Source: a virus
Lineage: Duplodnaviria > Caudoviricetes
Virus record (IMG/VR): IMGVR_UViG_3300033463_000011
Location: 32,001 to 96,000 of that record
Length of the DNA stretch: 64,000 nt
Strand: one strand, 5' to 3'
This document shows, one piece after another, positions 28,948 to 39,202 of this stretch. The translations under genes and the position numbers were made by a program. Position 1 is the first letter of the stretch. Each line of letters starts with the position of its first letter. The notes beneath the pieces were generated by a model. That model was not told where the DNA came from. It worked only from the letters and a program-made list of their open reading frames with translations, and did not search any database.

Positions 28948-30498
28948 ATGGGGTTATTTAGTCAGGCAAAGATGGATGAAATCAATGCTATTGCTGAAAA
29001 ATCAAAAGAAGTACTTAAACCAATCAAAGTATCAAAAAACGTAACTTCTTCACAACACGCTATTCAGGAAGCAACGAATAAGGTACTGGAATATTTTAAA
29101 GACAGTCCCGCAATATTGATTACGAGTAAGGAGCAGTTGCACGAGTATGTGCTTAAAGCGATTGAAAGTGGATATTGCGGAATTGATACAGAAACCACAG
29201 GACTTGATAGAGTGCATGACACTATTGTAGGTGCATCACTCTACTATCCTGGAGGTGTCGAATGTTATATTCCATGTAAACATCTTGCTCCTGTATTTGA
29301 AGTGCCTTATGAAGGTCAATTAACTTATGAAGAAGTAGGTTCAGAGCTTCAATTATTTGTAAATGCTAAGACCAAAATGATTTTCGCTAATGCGGATTTC
29401 GACTTAGCTATGATTTATAAAGATCTCAAAGTAGATCTAATCTCTGTATGTTATTACGACGTAATCACTGCTTGGCGATGCATCAAAGAAGATGAATTAG
29501 ATAATCGCTTGAAAGCGTTATATATGAAGTATGTAAAAAGAGGTCAAGGAGATCCAAAATCTTTTTCGGATTTCTTTGACCCAAAATTATTTCCATATTC
29601 ACAACCTGAAGTTGCAAAGTTATACGCAGCAAATGACGCTAAAATAACATTTGAATTATTCCTGTGGCAGTTACCTTATGTAACAAAACAACATCCTAAG
29701 TGTCAAAAACACAAATTAGAAAAAATCGCAGATCTCTTATGGAATATTGAAATTCCTATGATAAGAGTTTGCGCTTTAATGCATCGTACAGGTGTTTATT
29801 TTGATAAAGCAGATAACGCAATATTGAAAGAAAAATATGATAAGCAGTACGCAATAGAAATGCAGAAGCTTGCAGAAATAATTCAAGAAATTATTGATAA
29901 TTCTGATGCAGTTACAGTATCAAAATCTCCATTCAAAACAGGATCAGCGTTCAATGAAGCAAGCTCACCTCAAGTAAAATACTTACTTAATAATTTCTTG
30001 CATTGCGATGTAGACTCCGGTAACAAAGAAACATTAAAAGAGTTAAATCTTCCTGTAACTAATCAGATATTAAAGGTAAGAGCAACAAATAAATTACTTA
30101 ATACTTTTGTTGATAAATTGCCAAAAGAAGTTGGAAAAGACGGCAGAATTCACGCCACATTCAAAGCAATTGGCGCAGACACAGGTCGCTTATCTTCCGA
30201 GCGCCCCAATGTACAGCAGATCCCTTCTCACGCTCTTGATATCCGTCATCAATTTAGGGCAACTCCAGCTATGGAAATGATTGTAGATGCTGATTATAAT
30301 GAATCTTCGAACCTAATAACAGCCTCGCTCTGTAGGTGGGATAGTGTAACTACTGAGCATGGTCAAGTAGATATAGAAGACTTAGTTGTAGGCGATAGAA
30401 TAAGATTACTTGAAGATAATAAGCCGGTTTCAAAAGAAATTATTGAAATAGTATTATCAACTGACGACCCAACTAAGAAGGATATAACATTAAAATGA
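28948..30498 (+). CDS. polA: DNA polymerase family A, N-terminal part (3'-5' exonuclease, thumb) with Hint-like tail
   Basis: IDTETTGLD, ANADFD, YAANDA; TGRLSS..PNVQQIP; tail SLCRWDSVTTEHGQVDIEDLVVGDRI. Confidence 0.9.
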   Translation: MGLFSQAKMDEINAIAEKSKEVLKPIKVSKNVTSSQHAIQEATNKVLEYFKDSPAILITSKEQLHEYVLKAIESGYCGIDTETTGLDRVHDTIVGASLYYPGGVECYIPCKHLAPVFEVPYEGQLTYEEVGSELQLFVNAKTKMIFANADFDLAMIYKDLKVDLISVCYYDVITAWRCIKEDELDNRLKALYMKYVKRGQGDPKSFSDFFDPKLFPYSQPEVAKLYAANDAKITFELFLWQLPYVTKQHPKCQKHKLEKIADLLWNIEIPMIRVCALMHRTGVYFDKADNAILKEKYDKQYAIEMQKLAEIIQEIIDNSDAVTVSKSPFKTGSAFNEASSPQVKYLLNNFLHCDVDSGNKETLKELNLPVTNQILKVRATNKLLNTFVDKLPKEVGKDGRIHATFKAIGADTGRLSSERPNVQQIPSHALDIRHQFRATPAMEMIVDADYNESSNLITASLCRWDSVTTEHGQVDIEDLVVGDRIRLLEDNKPVSKEIIEIVLSTDDPTKKDITLK

Positions 30499-32315
30499 GA
30501 CGGATCTGTAAGGAATGTGGAAAGGAATTTGATACTTCGTCCTCTAGGCGTCTCTATTGTTATGAGAATCATTATAGAACATGTAAAGTATGTGGAACTT
30601 CTTTCTTAGTAGAAGACTGCAATTCCGATAAGCATACCTGTTCTGAGAAATGTAGGAGAAAAGCAATCTCTTCGGCAGATATATATAGAACACCTCGGTT
30701 TAAATGTATATGTATATTATGCAATAAAGAATTCTTATCCACTCACCCTAATGGAAAATTGTGCCCAGATAAGCATTATAGCATATGCAAATTTTGTGGA
30801 AATCAATTTGAAATTTCCGATATTGCAGATATAGCTAAGTTGACTTGTTCAGAAAAATGTAGATATCAGTTAGCTAATATTGGATGGATGCAAAATAAAG
30901 ATTCTAATGTAGCGAAACAGCAGGAAACTATGTTGGCTCGTTATGGAGCAATAAATGCACTACAATTACCTGAATTTAAAGAAAAAGCTAAGCATACTAA
31001 TCTAGCTAGATATGGTGAAACTTCATTTACTAAGACTGGGGAATTTTTAGAAAAAGCAAAAGCGTCTAATCGTGAACGATATGGCAAAGATTGGTATATG
31101 CAGACATCTGAATACAAAGAAAAATCTGCTGCTACCTGCATGGAAAAATATGGAGTAACTAATGCAAGTAAGGCAGGAAAATTCATTGCAGACAGGATGA
31201 GCTGCCCTGAAAAGCTACAAGAATTGATGAAATTCAGAGAAAATCCAGAAGCTTACATAAACGAACATTTTACTGAAGAATATCCTACATTAGCTCAGTT
31301 ATCTGAATTATGCGGAATCAGAGAATCTTCTATAGGTGAAATCATAGCTAAGTATAATCTGAAACATCTTATCAGATTTAATTATTCAAGAATGGAAGAT
31401 GAAGTTTTTAGTTTTTTACTTAGTTATCTACCAGAAGAAGATATAATCAGAAATACTTTTAAGGTAATTACTCCATACGAGTTAGATATTTATATTCCTA
31501 AGTATAATATTGCAATAGAATGCGATCCTACCTGGACACATAACGCTAATCTAGGAATATTTGATAGCAAGCCTATTTCTCAGAATTACCATAAAATGAA
31601 AACTGATCTGTGCGAATCTAAGAATATCAGATTAATTCATTTGTTCGGATATGATTGGATTAATCATAAAGATACTTGTAAATCTATTATATTAAATGCA
31701 ATAGGTAAGACTCCTGTCAAGTACTATGCTAGGAAGTTAACTATAAGAGCAGTCTCAGGAAATGATGCTTATCGATTCCTAGAAGATAACCATCGACAAG
31801 GCGGAGTCAATTGTAAAATCAGATTAGGTCTCTATAATAAAGACGAATTACTTTCTTTGATGACATTTTCTACTATGCGACATACCATAGGTACCGGAAA
31901 CGACGATACTCAAGATTGTTGGGAGCTGGTTAGATTCTGCAATAAGAATTATACTTCGGTAGTAGGCGGAGCAAGTAAGTTACTAAAGCATTTTATTGCG
32001 GAGTATAAACCTAAAGAAATCAGATCATTTTCAGATCGAGCACATACTTCAGGTAAATTATATTCTATCTTAGGATTCATTGAGCTGCGCAGAAGCGATT
32101 ACGGATATGTTTGGGTCAACCTTAATACAGATAAAGCATATTCTCGATTTAATTCGCAAAAGCGTAATATTAAGCAATTTCTCAAAGATGATACTATTGA
32201 TTTATCTAAAACAGAAGTGCAGATAATGGTTGAGCATGGATTTGTGCAGGTATTTGATTCAGGAACAATTACATGGCAGATGATACTAGATAATAGAAAG
32301 GAGGATATTGCATGA
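30495..32315 (+). CDS. Free-standing homing-endonuclease-like protein (Zn-ribbon repeats plus nuclease domain) inside polA
   Basis: CxxC..HY..CxxCG repeats; RYG repeats; ELDIYIP..IAIECD..WTH; WELVRFC..VVGGASKL; ATGA overlaps on both sides. Confidence 0.85.
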   Translation: MRRICKECGKEFDTSSSRRLYCYENHYRTCKVCGTSFLVEDCNSDKHTCSEKCRRKAISSADIYRTPRFKCICILCNKEFLSTHPNGKLCPDKHYSICKFCGNQFEISDIADIAKLTCSEKCRYQLANIGWMQNKDSNVAKQQETMLARYGAINALQLPEFKEKAKHTNLARYGETSFTKTGEFLEKAKASNRERYGKDWYMQTSEYKEKSAATCMEKYGVTNASKAGKFIADRMSCPEKLQELMKFRENPEAYINEHFTEEYPTLAQLSELCGIRESSIGEIIAKYNLKHLIRFNYSRMEDEVFSFLLSYLPEEDIIRNTFKVITPYELDIYIPKYNIAIECDPTWTHNANLGIFDSKPISQNYHKMKTDLCESKNIRLIHLFGYDWINHKDTCKSIILNAIGKTPVKYYARKLTIRAVSGNDAYRFLEDNHRQGGVNCKIRLGLYNKDELLSLMTFSTMRHTIGTGNDDTQDCWELVRFCNKNYTSVVGGASKLLKHFIAEYKPKEIRSFSDRAHTSGKLYSILGFIELRRSDYGYVWVNLNTDKAYSRFNSQKRNIKQFLKDDTIDLSKTEVQIMVEHGFVQVFDSGTITWQMILDNRKEDIA

Positions 32316-33607
32316 CAAAGTATCAAATTCCAATAATAACGTCTCCTTATGTAATGATGTCGTCAGACTATTCGCAACAGGAGCCAAAACTCACTGCTTA
32401 TTGTAGTTCTGACCCTAACATGATTGATGCTTTCCAACATAATAAAGATATCTATTCTACTATTGCGTCGCTTGCATTTCATAAATCATATGAAGATTGT
32501 CTTGAATTCTTTGTAGATGAAAATGGAAATAAAACAGATGAAGTAAACAGGGAGGGTAAAGAGCGAAGAGGAAGTGCTAAGAGCATTGTATTAGGAATTC
32601 TTTACGGGCGTTCTACAAAAACTATCGGCGATCAGTTGTTTGGGGGAAATAAGCAAATGACCGATGATGAAAAAACTGCAGAAGCTCAAAAAGTTTATGA
32701 TGCAGTTCTTAATGCGTTTCCTAATCTTAGGGCGTTTATGATTAAAGCTCAAGGAGATGCTCGCAAACAAGGATATGTAGAAACCATACTTGGAAGACGT
32801 AGGCATATTCCTGATATGCAATTACCTCCTTTTGAATTTAAAGCAGGAAAAGGTTATGTTAATCCCGATATTGATCCATTAGATCCATCTACCCTCCAGA
32901 ATAAGAATGAGATTCCAGAAAGAATCGTTAAACAACTTGAGAAAGAATTTGCTAATTATAAGTATTTTGGTCAAATAGTCAAAGCAACTAAGAGACTTGA
33001 AGCAGAACATATAAGAGTTATTAATAATTCTAGAAAAATTACTGACGCTTCAAGGAAAACAGTAAATAGCATAATCCAGGGAAGTGCAGCAGACTTAACT
33101 AAGATGGCTATGCTTAAGATATTTGATAACCCAGAATGGAGTCAGTTAGGTGCAAGAGTACTGCTTCCTGTACACGACGAAATCATTGCTGAAGTACCTA
33201 TAAGAAATTCAGAAAGAGCTGCAGAAATTTTAGGTGCAATGATGAGTGAAGCAGGCAATTTCTTGCCGTTTTCTATCAGCTGCGATGTAGATGTAACACA
33301 TAAATGGTATGGATTAAGCTATCCTTGTCAATATGACAGGCCTTCTAGGATTGATGCTACTGAGCAATTAACCGAATCAGAAATCAAATGGATACAGTAT
33401 CATTTATTTGAATGTGAATATACTTTGCCTGTATACAAGGACAAAGACGGAAAGAAACCTATAGGTGATGCAGCATTAGGAGTAAACGGTATATGGTCAG
33501 AAGAAGCACAAGCTGCTTTAGATAATTATTTACAAAAATATAATGTTGCTAATGATAATTTTGTAGATAATATCTATCATAGAGTTAATGGAGACATAGT
33601 AAAATAA
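32312..33607 (+). CDS. polA: DNA polymerase family A, C-terminal catalytic part
   Basis: Motif A DYSQQEPK, motif B RGSAKSIVLGILYG, GYVETILGRRR, NSIIQGSAAD, motif C VHDE; own AGGAGG SD. Confidence 0.92.
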   Translation: MTKYQIPIITSPYVMMSSDYSQQEPKLTAYCSSDPNMIDAFQHNKDIYSTIASLAFHKSYEDCLEFFVDENGNKTDEVNREGKERRGSAKSIVLGILYGRSTKTIGDQLFGGNKQMTDDEKTAEAQKVYDAVLNAFPNLRAFMIKAQGDARKQGYVETILGRRRHIPDMQLPPFEFKAGKGYVNPDIDPLDPSTLQNKNEIPERIVKQLEKEFANYKYFGQIVKATKRLEAEHIRVINNSRKITDASRKTVNSIIQGSAADLTKMAMLKIFDNPEWSQLGARVLLPVHDEIIAEVPIRNSERAAEILGAMMSEAGNFLPFSISCDVDVTHKWYGLSYPCQYDRPSRIDATEQLTESEIKWIQYHLFECEYTLPVYKDKDGKKPIGDAALGVNGIWSEEAQAALDNYLQKYNVANDNFVDNIYHRVNGDIVK

Positions 33608-33632
33608 AAACACATAAAGGAGAAATCAAAAC

Positions 33633-34739
33633 ATGAAATTTACTGTATCAACCAAGCCATTACAGAACGCAGTTGATTTAGGAATTATTAAAGAGAATAT
33701 TTCCAAATTCAATCAGAAGAGCTGTCTTGCTCAGATAACAGCAACAAGAGAAGAGCTTAGAATCAACATTGAGGCTCCGTCAATTTATACAGAAATTGTG
33801 CTTAAAGGTTCAGGAGATTCCGATACTACAGAAACAATATTTGTAGATTGCGCATTGCTCAGACAGCTCATTGATTCATTTGATAAGGATATCACATCAA
33901 TTGATTTCGTAGATGGAGGTATCGTATTACATTCTGGGTCAAGTAAATTTACTTTGCCTAAGTTGTTAGATGCAAACAACCTTTCACTTAATAGACCTGC
34001 AGCTATTACTGACGGCAATCCTATTGAATTAAAGTCTAGTGATTGGAAGTTTGTTAAGGAACATCAGATGTTCGCAATTTCAATTTGGATGATTCACCCG
34101 GTATATACTAAAGTTTGGATTGGCGATGACGGCAAAGTAATTATTGGCGATATTGATAATGCTATTTTTACATTATCTAATAAGTCTAATTTAGGTTCTA
34201 CATGTCTGCTTAATCCTACAATTATTAACTTATTCACTAACCTTCCCGAAGGTTCGAAGATTCAGAAAAATGATAATAGTTATATTCTCAAAGTAGACAC
34301 TGATGGATATACACTTACTTCTCAGTTTGTTCCAGAGTATGAATCAGATGAAGGTGTAGGAAGTTATAATTCAGATGCTATTCTTGGCACATTAAAGTAT
34401 CCTGAAAATTATATTACCGTAGATGTAGCTCCTATTAATAAGTTCTTAGGTCAAGCAGATATTGTTGCAACTGCACAAGATACTTCTACATTCTTCAAGT
34501 TTGAGCATGGAGTATTAATTCTTAATAGAGGTTCCGGTGATTTTAAAGTTAACGTAGATGTTTCTGGAAATCTCGAAGGATATTCAGGCGATTTTAAGTC
34601 AACATTCTTTAAGTCAATATTCTCAAGTATTGATGGCGATAAGATTAAGATTGGTCCTGTGTATAATGAAGGCGAGTTATCTGGTAGCTTGTTCTGGACG
34701 GATAATATTTCAATTGTACTTGCATTCCAAGAGGAGTAA
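33633..34739 (+). CDS. dnaN: Beta sliding clamp-like protein
   Basis: MKFTVSTKPLQNA start, 368 aa, SKFTLP; next to clamp-loader genes. Confidence 0.7.
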   Translation: MKFTVSTKPLQNAVDLGIIKENISKFNQKSCLAQITATREELRINIEAPSIYTEIVLKGSGDSDTTETIFVDCALLRQLIDSFDKDITSIDFVDGGIVLHSGSSKFTLPKLLDANNLSLNRPAAITDGNPIELKSSDWKFVKEHQMFAISIWMIHPVYTKVWIGDDGKVIIGDIDNAIFTLSNKSNLGSTCLLNPTIINLFTNLPEGSKIQKNDNSYILKVDTDGYTLTSQFVPEYESDEGVGSYNSDAILGTLKYPENYITVDVAPINKFLGQADIVATAQDTSTFFKFEHGVLILNRGSGDFKVNVDVSGNLEGYSGDFKSTFFKSIFSSIDGDKIKIGPVYNEGELSGSLFWTDNISIVLAFQEE

Positions 34740-34742
34740 CAT

Positions 34743-35513
34743 ATGGCATTTAAATCTATTGACGAAGTAAGGCTCGCTAGATTTAATTCTGCATTAAGTA
34801 GTGATTTTCTAGATTACTATGAAACTTCTTTAGACAATTTTATTCGTCAAGCTGAGGCAACTCCTCCATCTAAAACATTTGCTCCATCATCAATACGATG
34901 TAAACGAGTAAGCTGGTTTAGGTTAAGAGGAGTTGACCCTGAAGTTGAAACTAAAGTTGATAGATCTTTGAGATTTACTGCCGATGTAGGAACAGCGTGT
35001 CATCATATCATACAATCTACATTGATTGGAAGTTTAGGGAATGATTGGGTTGATGTAAAAGAATACCTTTCTAATCTCAACCCTCCGTACAAGTATTCTT
35101 GCGAACAGCTTGGATTTGAAACAAGGATAGAGATACAAGACCCTCCAATCAAGTTCGCTCCAGATGGAATCATTAATTTTCAAGGAGAAACCCGATTGTT
35201 GGAAATTAAAACATCTGATAAAATAAGTTTCGACAAACTTTCAGATCCAAAATCACATCATATTGACCAAGTAAAATGTTATTGCACTTTACTTAACTTA
35301 CATAGCGCTTTGATGATTTACCAAGATAGGCAGTATGGTGATATGAAGTGTTACGAAGTAAAAGTAACAGATAATGACATGAAAGAAATGTGGAAAATGT
35401 TTAGCGAAGTGCAAGATTACGTGAGTAAGAATATAGCTCCACCTAAACCTGAAAATCAAAGATATTGTACACCTAGTTATTGCAGATACTATAACAGATG
35501 TAAAGAATGGTAG
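34743..35513 (+). CDS. Cas4-like PD-(D/E)XK exonuclease
   Basis: PSSIRC, GTACH, PDG..LLEIKT, QVKCY, C-terminal CxxxxCxxxxxC. Confidence 0.8.
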   Translation: MAFKSIDEVRLARFNSALSSDFLDYYETSLDNFIRQAEATPPSKTFAPSSIRCKRVSWFRLRGVDPEVETKVDRSLRFTADVGTACHHIIQSTLIGSLGNDWVDVKEYLSNLNPPYKYSCEQLGFETRIEIQDPPIKFAPDGIINFQGETRLLEIKTSDKISFDKLSDPKSHHIDQVKCYCTLLNLHSALMIYQDRQYGDMKCYEVKVTDNDMKEMWKMFSEVQDYVSKNIAPPKPENQRYCTPSYCRYYNRCKEW

Positions 35514-35558
35514 AATCGTTATAGTAAATGTATTTTATGGTATTAGGAGATATATGTA

Positions 35559-36578
35559 ATGGCTTCATTAGCAACAAAATATAGACCTAAAGATTTTTCC
35601 TCAGTAGTTGAGCAAACTCTAGTTGTTGATTTGATTCAAAAGATGTGTTCATCTGAAAAATTGTCTAACAGATGTTTTCTTCTTATAGGTCCGGCGGGGT
35701 GTGGAAAGACGTCTTTGAGCCGGTTGGTTGCTCAAGAACTCAATGAGGGTAAAGGAGAACCTATAGAAGTAGATGCAGCTTCACATGGAAGTACTGAAGA
35801 AATTCGCCTATTGATGTCACAAGCTGCGCAGTATCCTATAGGAATGAAATATAAAGTATTCATAATTGATGAGGTTCATTCTGTTAGTTCTCAAGGTTTC
35901 CAAGTTATGTTGAAAACACTTGAAGAGCAGCCTGCACGTGCAGTTTTTCTTCTGTGTACTACAAATCCGGAAAAGATTCCTGCAACAATATTGTCAAGAG
36001 TACAAACTTTTAGACTTTCAAAGATAAGTACAGAAGGAATTCAGAATAGACTTAAATATGTAATTGAGCAGGAAAACAAAGAGGGTCAGGAAATTACTTA
36101 TAATGAAGATGCCTTAAACTATATTGCTAGATTATCTAATGGTGGAATGAGAGATAGTTTAACTAATCTCGATAGATGTTTAGCGTTTAGTAAAGATGTA
36201 ACAATGGAAAATGTTACTGAAGCGTTAGACCTACCAGATTATGATACTTATTTTTCTCTATTAAATTATCTTGTTAAAAAAGATAACGAACAGGTAACTA
36301 AGACTATAGATGAGGTGTATAACTGCGGTACAAACTTTGTTAAGTGGTTTGAAGGATTTCATTCGTTCTTGTGTAATATTGTAAAGTACATCTATATGAA
36401 AGACATCGGCATGACAATGATACCTTCACAGTATGCAGATAAATTATCAAATTATACAGAAGCACATGCAGTAATTTGTTTGAAACTTTCAACAGTATTA
36501 TTGCAGCTTAATAAAGATTTAAAAACAACTCAATACCAAGTAGAAACAGCATTAACATATTTACTTTCGAAGAAGTGA
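35559..36578 (+). CDS. dnaX: Clamp-loader ATPase, DnaX (gamma)-like
   Basis: LATKYRP, GPAGCGKT, EVDAAS, IIDEVH, LKTLEE, TILSRV, GGMRD. Confidence 0.92.
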   Translation: MASLATKYRPKDFSSVVEQTLVVDLIQKMCSSEKLSNRCFLLIGPAGCGKTSLSRLVAQELNEGKGEPIEVDAASHGSTEEIRLLMSQAAQYPIGMKYKVFIIDEVHSVSSQGFQVMLKTLEEQPARAVFLLCTTNPEKIPATILSRVQTFRLSKISTEGIQNRLKYVIEQENKEGQEITYNEDALNYIARLSNGGMRDSLTNLDRCLAFSKDVTMENVTEALDLPDYDTYFSLLNYLVKKDNEQVTKTIDEVYNCGTNFVKWFEGFHSFLCNIVKYIYMKDIGMTMIPSQYADKLSNYTEAHAVICLKLSTVLLQLNKDLKTTQYQVETALTYLLSKK

Positions 36579-36587
36579 GGATGTATT

Positions 36588-37118
36588 ATGGGAACAATAG
36601 CAAATGCTTTATCTTCATTGCAGGAAGATTTCAATGCTGCCGATAAGGTAGTAGACGATATTTATAATAATTATTTTGCAAAATATTTTCAGCGTGAAGT
36701 TGAAATGCAAGAAAAATTTAGAGATATAAATGTATCAATAACTGATAAAGAGTTAGAGTGGATTATTACTTCGCTCCCGCTAGATTTATTTGCAGCTTCT
36801 GATGCATTATCTCAATTTAAGCAGCATAATGAGATTGTTAAACTTACAATCAAACAGCGCAAAAGCAAAGGAGTAGAATCGCAGGAAATTGATGAAGAAT
36901 ACAAACTAATGCAAATTGTATATACTTCAGTAATTGATAAAGTTGAGCATCAAATTTCTTTTTCAAAAGAGTTAATTATGGGTGCTAAAAAAGTATGGGA
37001 TGCTCGCAAGCGTTCCGAACAACCTCCTATTAATGAAGTTAATATTCCAGAACTCCCTGAATATAAGCCGATTGTAAAACAAACAGGAGTGTATGTTAAA
37101 GGAGTAGACAATGTCTAA
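36588..37118 (+). CDS. Hypothetical helical protein
   Basis: ORF with SD GAGGA. Confidence 0.55.
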   Translation: MGTIANALSSLQEDFNAADKVVDDIYNNYFAKYFQREVEMQEKFRDINVSITDKELEWIITSLPLDLFAASDALSQFKQHNEIVKLTIKQRKSKGVESQEIDEEYKLMQIVYTSVIDKVEHQISFSKELIMGAKKVWDARKRSEQPPINEVNIPELPEYKPIVKQTGVYVKGVDNV

Positions 37119-37284
37119 AGTAAAATTCATCTACACTAAGAACAGAACATATCGATGTTCAGTATGCGGTTGGGAGTATAAAGAATTACCTCCAGAAGAT
37201 AATAATTCTGAAAGTAATGGTTGTCCCAATTGCTGGTTGATAGAAAATACGAAAGGACGTAGACAGAATGCCAACATTCAGTGA
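37111..37284 (+). CDS. Small rubredoxin/zinc-ribbon-like protein (57 aa, not in ORF track)
   Basis: YRCSVCGWEY...CPNC; SD AAGGAG. Confidence 0.6.
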   Translation: MSKVKFIYTKNRTYRCSVCGWEYKELPPEDNNSESNGCPNCWLIENTKGRRQNANIQ

Positions 37285-38446
37285 AATAATCAAAAAGTGC
37301 GAAAAAGATTGGGCATGTCCTGAATTGATGGAGAGTGTTAATAAGGTTGGTGGAAGGAAAATTCCGTTTTCATCGCCTACACTTAATTGGGCAACTTATG
37401 GAGGCATTCCTAGAGCTGCAATAACAGAATTTTACGGAATACCTTCTGGCGGAAAATCAACCACCGCAATTGATATATGTAAAAACGCATTAGATATATT
37501 CATTCAAGAATATAATGATGAAGTTCTTGCTCTTGAAGAGAAAATAGCAAGCGGTAAAAAAGAATATAAAACAGCATTGTCAGATCTAAAGGATAGAGGA
37601 CCTAAAAAAGTTCTGTATTTAGACCTTGAGCATGCGTTTGATAGAAAATGGGCAGCAACCTTAGGCATCACTAATAAAGCTATTGAAGTAATGCAACCGC
37701 CGAATGTTGCAGCTGAACCTATATTGCAAGCAGTTCAAGGTCTTATAGAATCTGGTGAATTAGGGCTACTTGTATTAGATTCAATTCCTTCCCTTGTAAC
37801 TCAATCAGAACTTGAAAAGAAATTTGGAGAGCGTACTGTAGCATCTCTTGCAGGTTTGTTAACTATATTTCTTAGAAAAGTAACTCAGCTATTATCTAGA
37901 TATGATTGCACAATATTACTCATCAATCAGATTCGTGACAACATGGAAAATCCTTATGTAGATAATACACCGGGAGGAGAAGCAGTTAAATTTTACTCAT
38001 CTTTGATACTTTCATTCAAGCTAGGCAATCCTGTTGATTTCTTAGGTAATGAGCTTCCTCAAAAAGCAGAAAATCCTGCAGGTTATAAGATTGTTGTTAA
38101 GGTAGTTAAGCAGAAGTCAGCTCCGTTTGATAGAAAGTTAGGTGAATATTTCTTAATGGCTCAATCCGGTTTGAGGGTTGATTTTGAATTTGCAGAGTTA
38201 GCAATTAAACGATACGAAATAATTCGCAAAGGTGGAGCTTGGTTTACTGTTTGCGATCCCGAAACTAAAGAGCCACTTGAAAATGAAGATGGCGTAATCG
38301 TTAAATTAAATGGACAAGCAAAAGTATACGACTATCTTCAGAATAATCCTGAGTATTATGAAAAGTTGTGTAATTTTATTGTTGCTGATATAAATAAAAA
38401 CGGAGTTGAGGTAGAGGATAATATTCCTGATATAGTAGATGACTAA
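37268..38446 (+). CDS. recA: RecA/UvsX-like recombinase
   Basis: GGIPR..ITEFYG..SGGKST, DLEHAFD, VLDSIPSL, INQIR, TPGGEAVKFYSS, KGGAWF. Confidence 0.93.
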   Translation: MPTFSEIIKKCEKDWACPELMESVNKVGGRKIPFSSPTLNWATYGGIPRAAITEFYGIPSGGKSTTAIDICKNALDIFIQEYNDEVLALEEKIASGKKEYKTALSDLKDRGPKKVLYLDLEHAFDRKWAATLGITNKAIEVMQPPNVAAEPILQAVQGLIESGELGLLVLDSIPSLVTQSELEKKFGERTVASLAGLLTIFLRKVTQLLSRYDCTILLINQIRDNMENPYVDNTPGGEAVKFYSSLILSFKLGNPVDFLGNELPQKAENPAGYKIVVKVVKQKSAPFDRKLGEYFLMAQSGLRVDFEFAELAIKRYEIIRKGGAWFTVCDPETKEPLENEDGVIVKLNGQAKVYDYLQNNPEYYEKLCNFIVADINKNGVEVEDNIPDIVDD

Positions 38447-38948
38447 TAAGGAAGCATCAGCAAAACAAGAGAAAATGGTAGCCGATTTTATGGGTTGGGA
38501 TGTCGTTTCTGGAAGCGGCGCCCGCCCTTTTGCTCCTGGTGATGTTAAAAATGACCATTATTTAGTCGAATGCAAAACACATATAGACGAGAAAAATAAC
38601 ATTGTTTTCTATAAAAAGCATTGGATTAAAATTTTAACTGAGTCGCAATCAACCCATAAATATCCTGCATTAATTGTAGATAATGGTACACAAAAATCCC
38701 AAAATACTTGGGTGATGATTTCTTGGAGAGTGTTACCTACTAATACTAATATCATTGCTGGAGTAATTAACACATCTAAAAAAGACACTACATTTACATT
38801 TAATCACAATAATACATATTCGTTATATAAGTCGAATTATAAATCTGGACGCATAAATTGTATCTCAACTTGGTTTGATAATTATGAAGTTGCGATAATG
38901 TTATTAGAAGAATTCAGAAATTATTATCATCAGGAGTTTGAATCATGA
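38439..38948 (+). CDS. Holliday-junction resolvase-like PD-(D/E)XK nuclease
   Basis: QEK.VA..SGSGA..GDV..LVECKT. Confidence 0.75.
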   Translation: MTNKEASAKQEKMVADFMGWDVVSGSGARPFAPGDVKNDHYLVECKTHIDEKNNIVFYKKHWIKILTESQSTHKYPALIVDNGTQKSQNTWVMISWRVLPTNTNIIAGVINTSKKDTTFTFNHNNTYSLYKSNYKSGRINCISTWFDNYEVAIMLLEEFRNYYHQEFES

Positions 38949-39202
38949 AAAAGTCAATTGCATTACTTTTAATCCTTACAGCATTTCTTACTTTAACTAG
39001 TTGCAACTATAACGTAGTCGATTTGACATATTCTTTTGATTATGGCTATATCAGATTACCTAATGGTGAGCTTATTGAAGGTGAGGTATCTGCTTGGAGA
39101 GATTACGAAGATGGCGATCAGCTTCAAGTTACAATAAATGACAACACTTATCTAGTACATTCGAATAACTGTGTTTTAGTTAAGTACGGAGATCAATACT
39201 GA
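38945..39202 (+). CDS. Small lipoprotein
   Basis: Signal peptide with lipobox LTSC. Confidence 0.7.
   Translation: MKKSIALLLILTAFLTLTSCNYNVVDLTYSFDYGYIRLPNGELIEGEVSAWRDYEDGDQLQVTINDNTYLVHSNNCVLVKYGDQY

Noticed and set aside
30270-32350. Functional split intein or group I intron in polA
   Set aside because: No block B His, no IntC with HN|C/S/T, and no non-coding space or P7 elements recognised.
34743-35513. CRISPR-Cas system suggested by the Cas4-like gene
   Set aside because: No repeat-spacer array or other cas genes seen; solo Cas4-like nucleases are common in phage replication modules.
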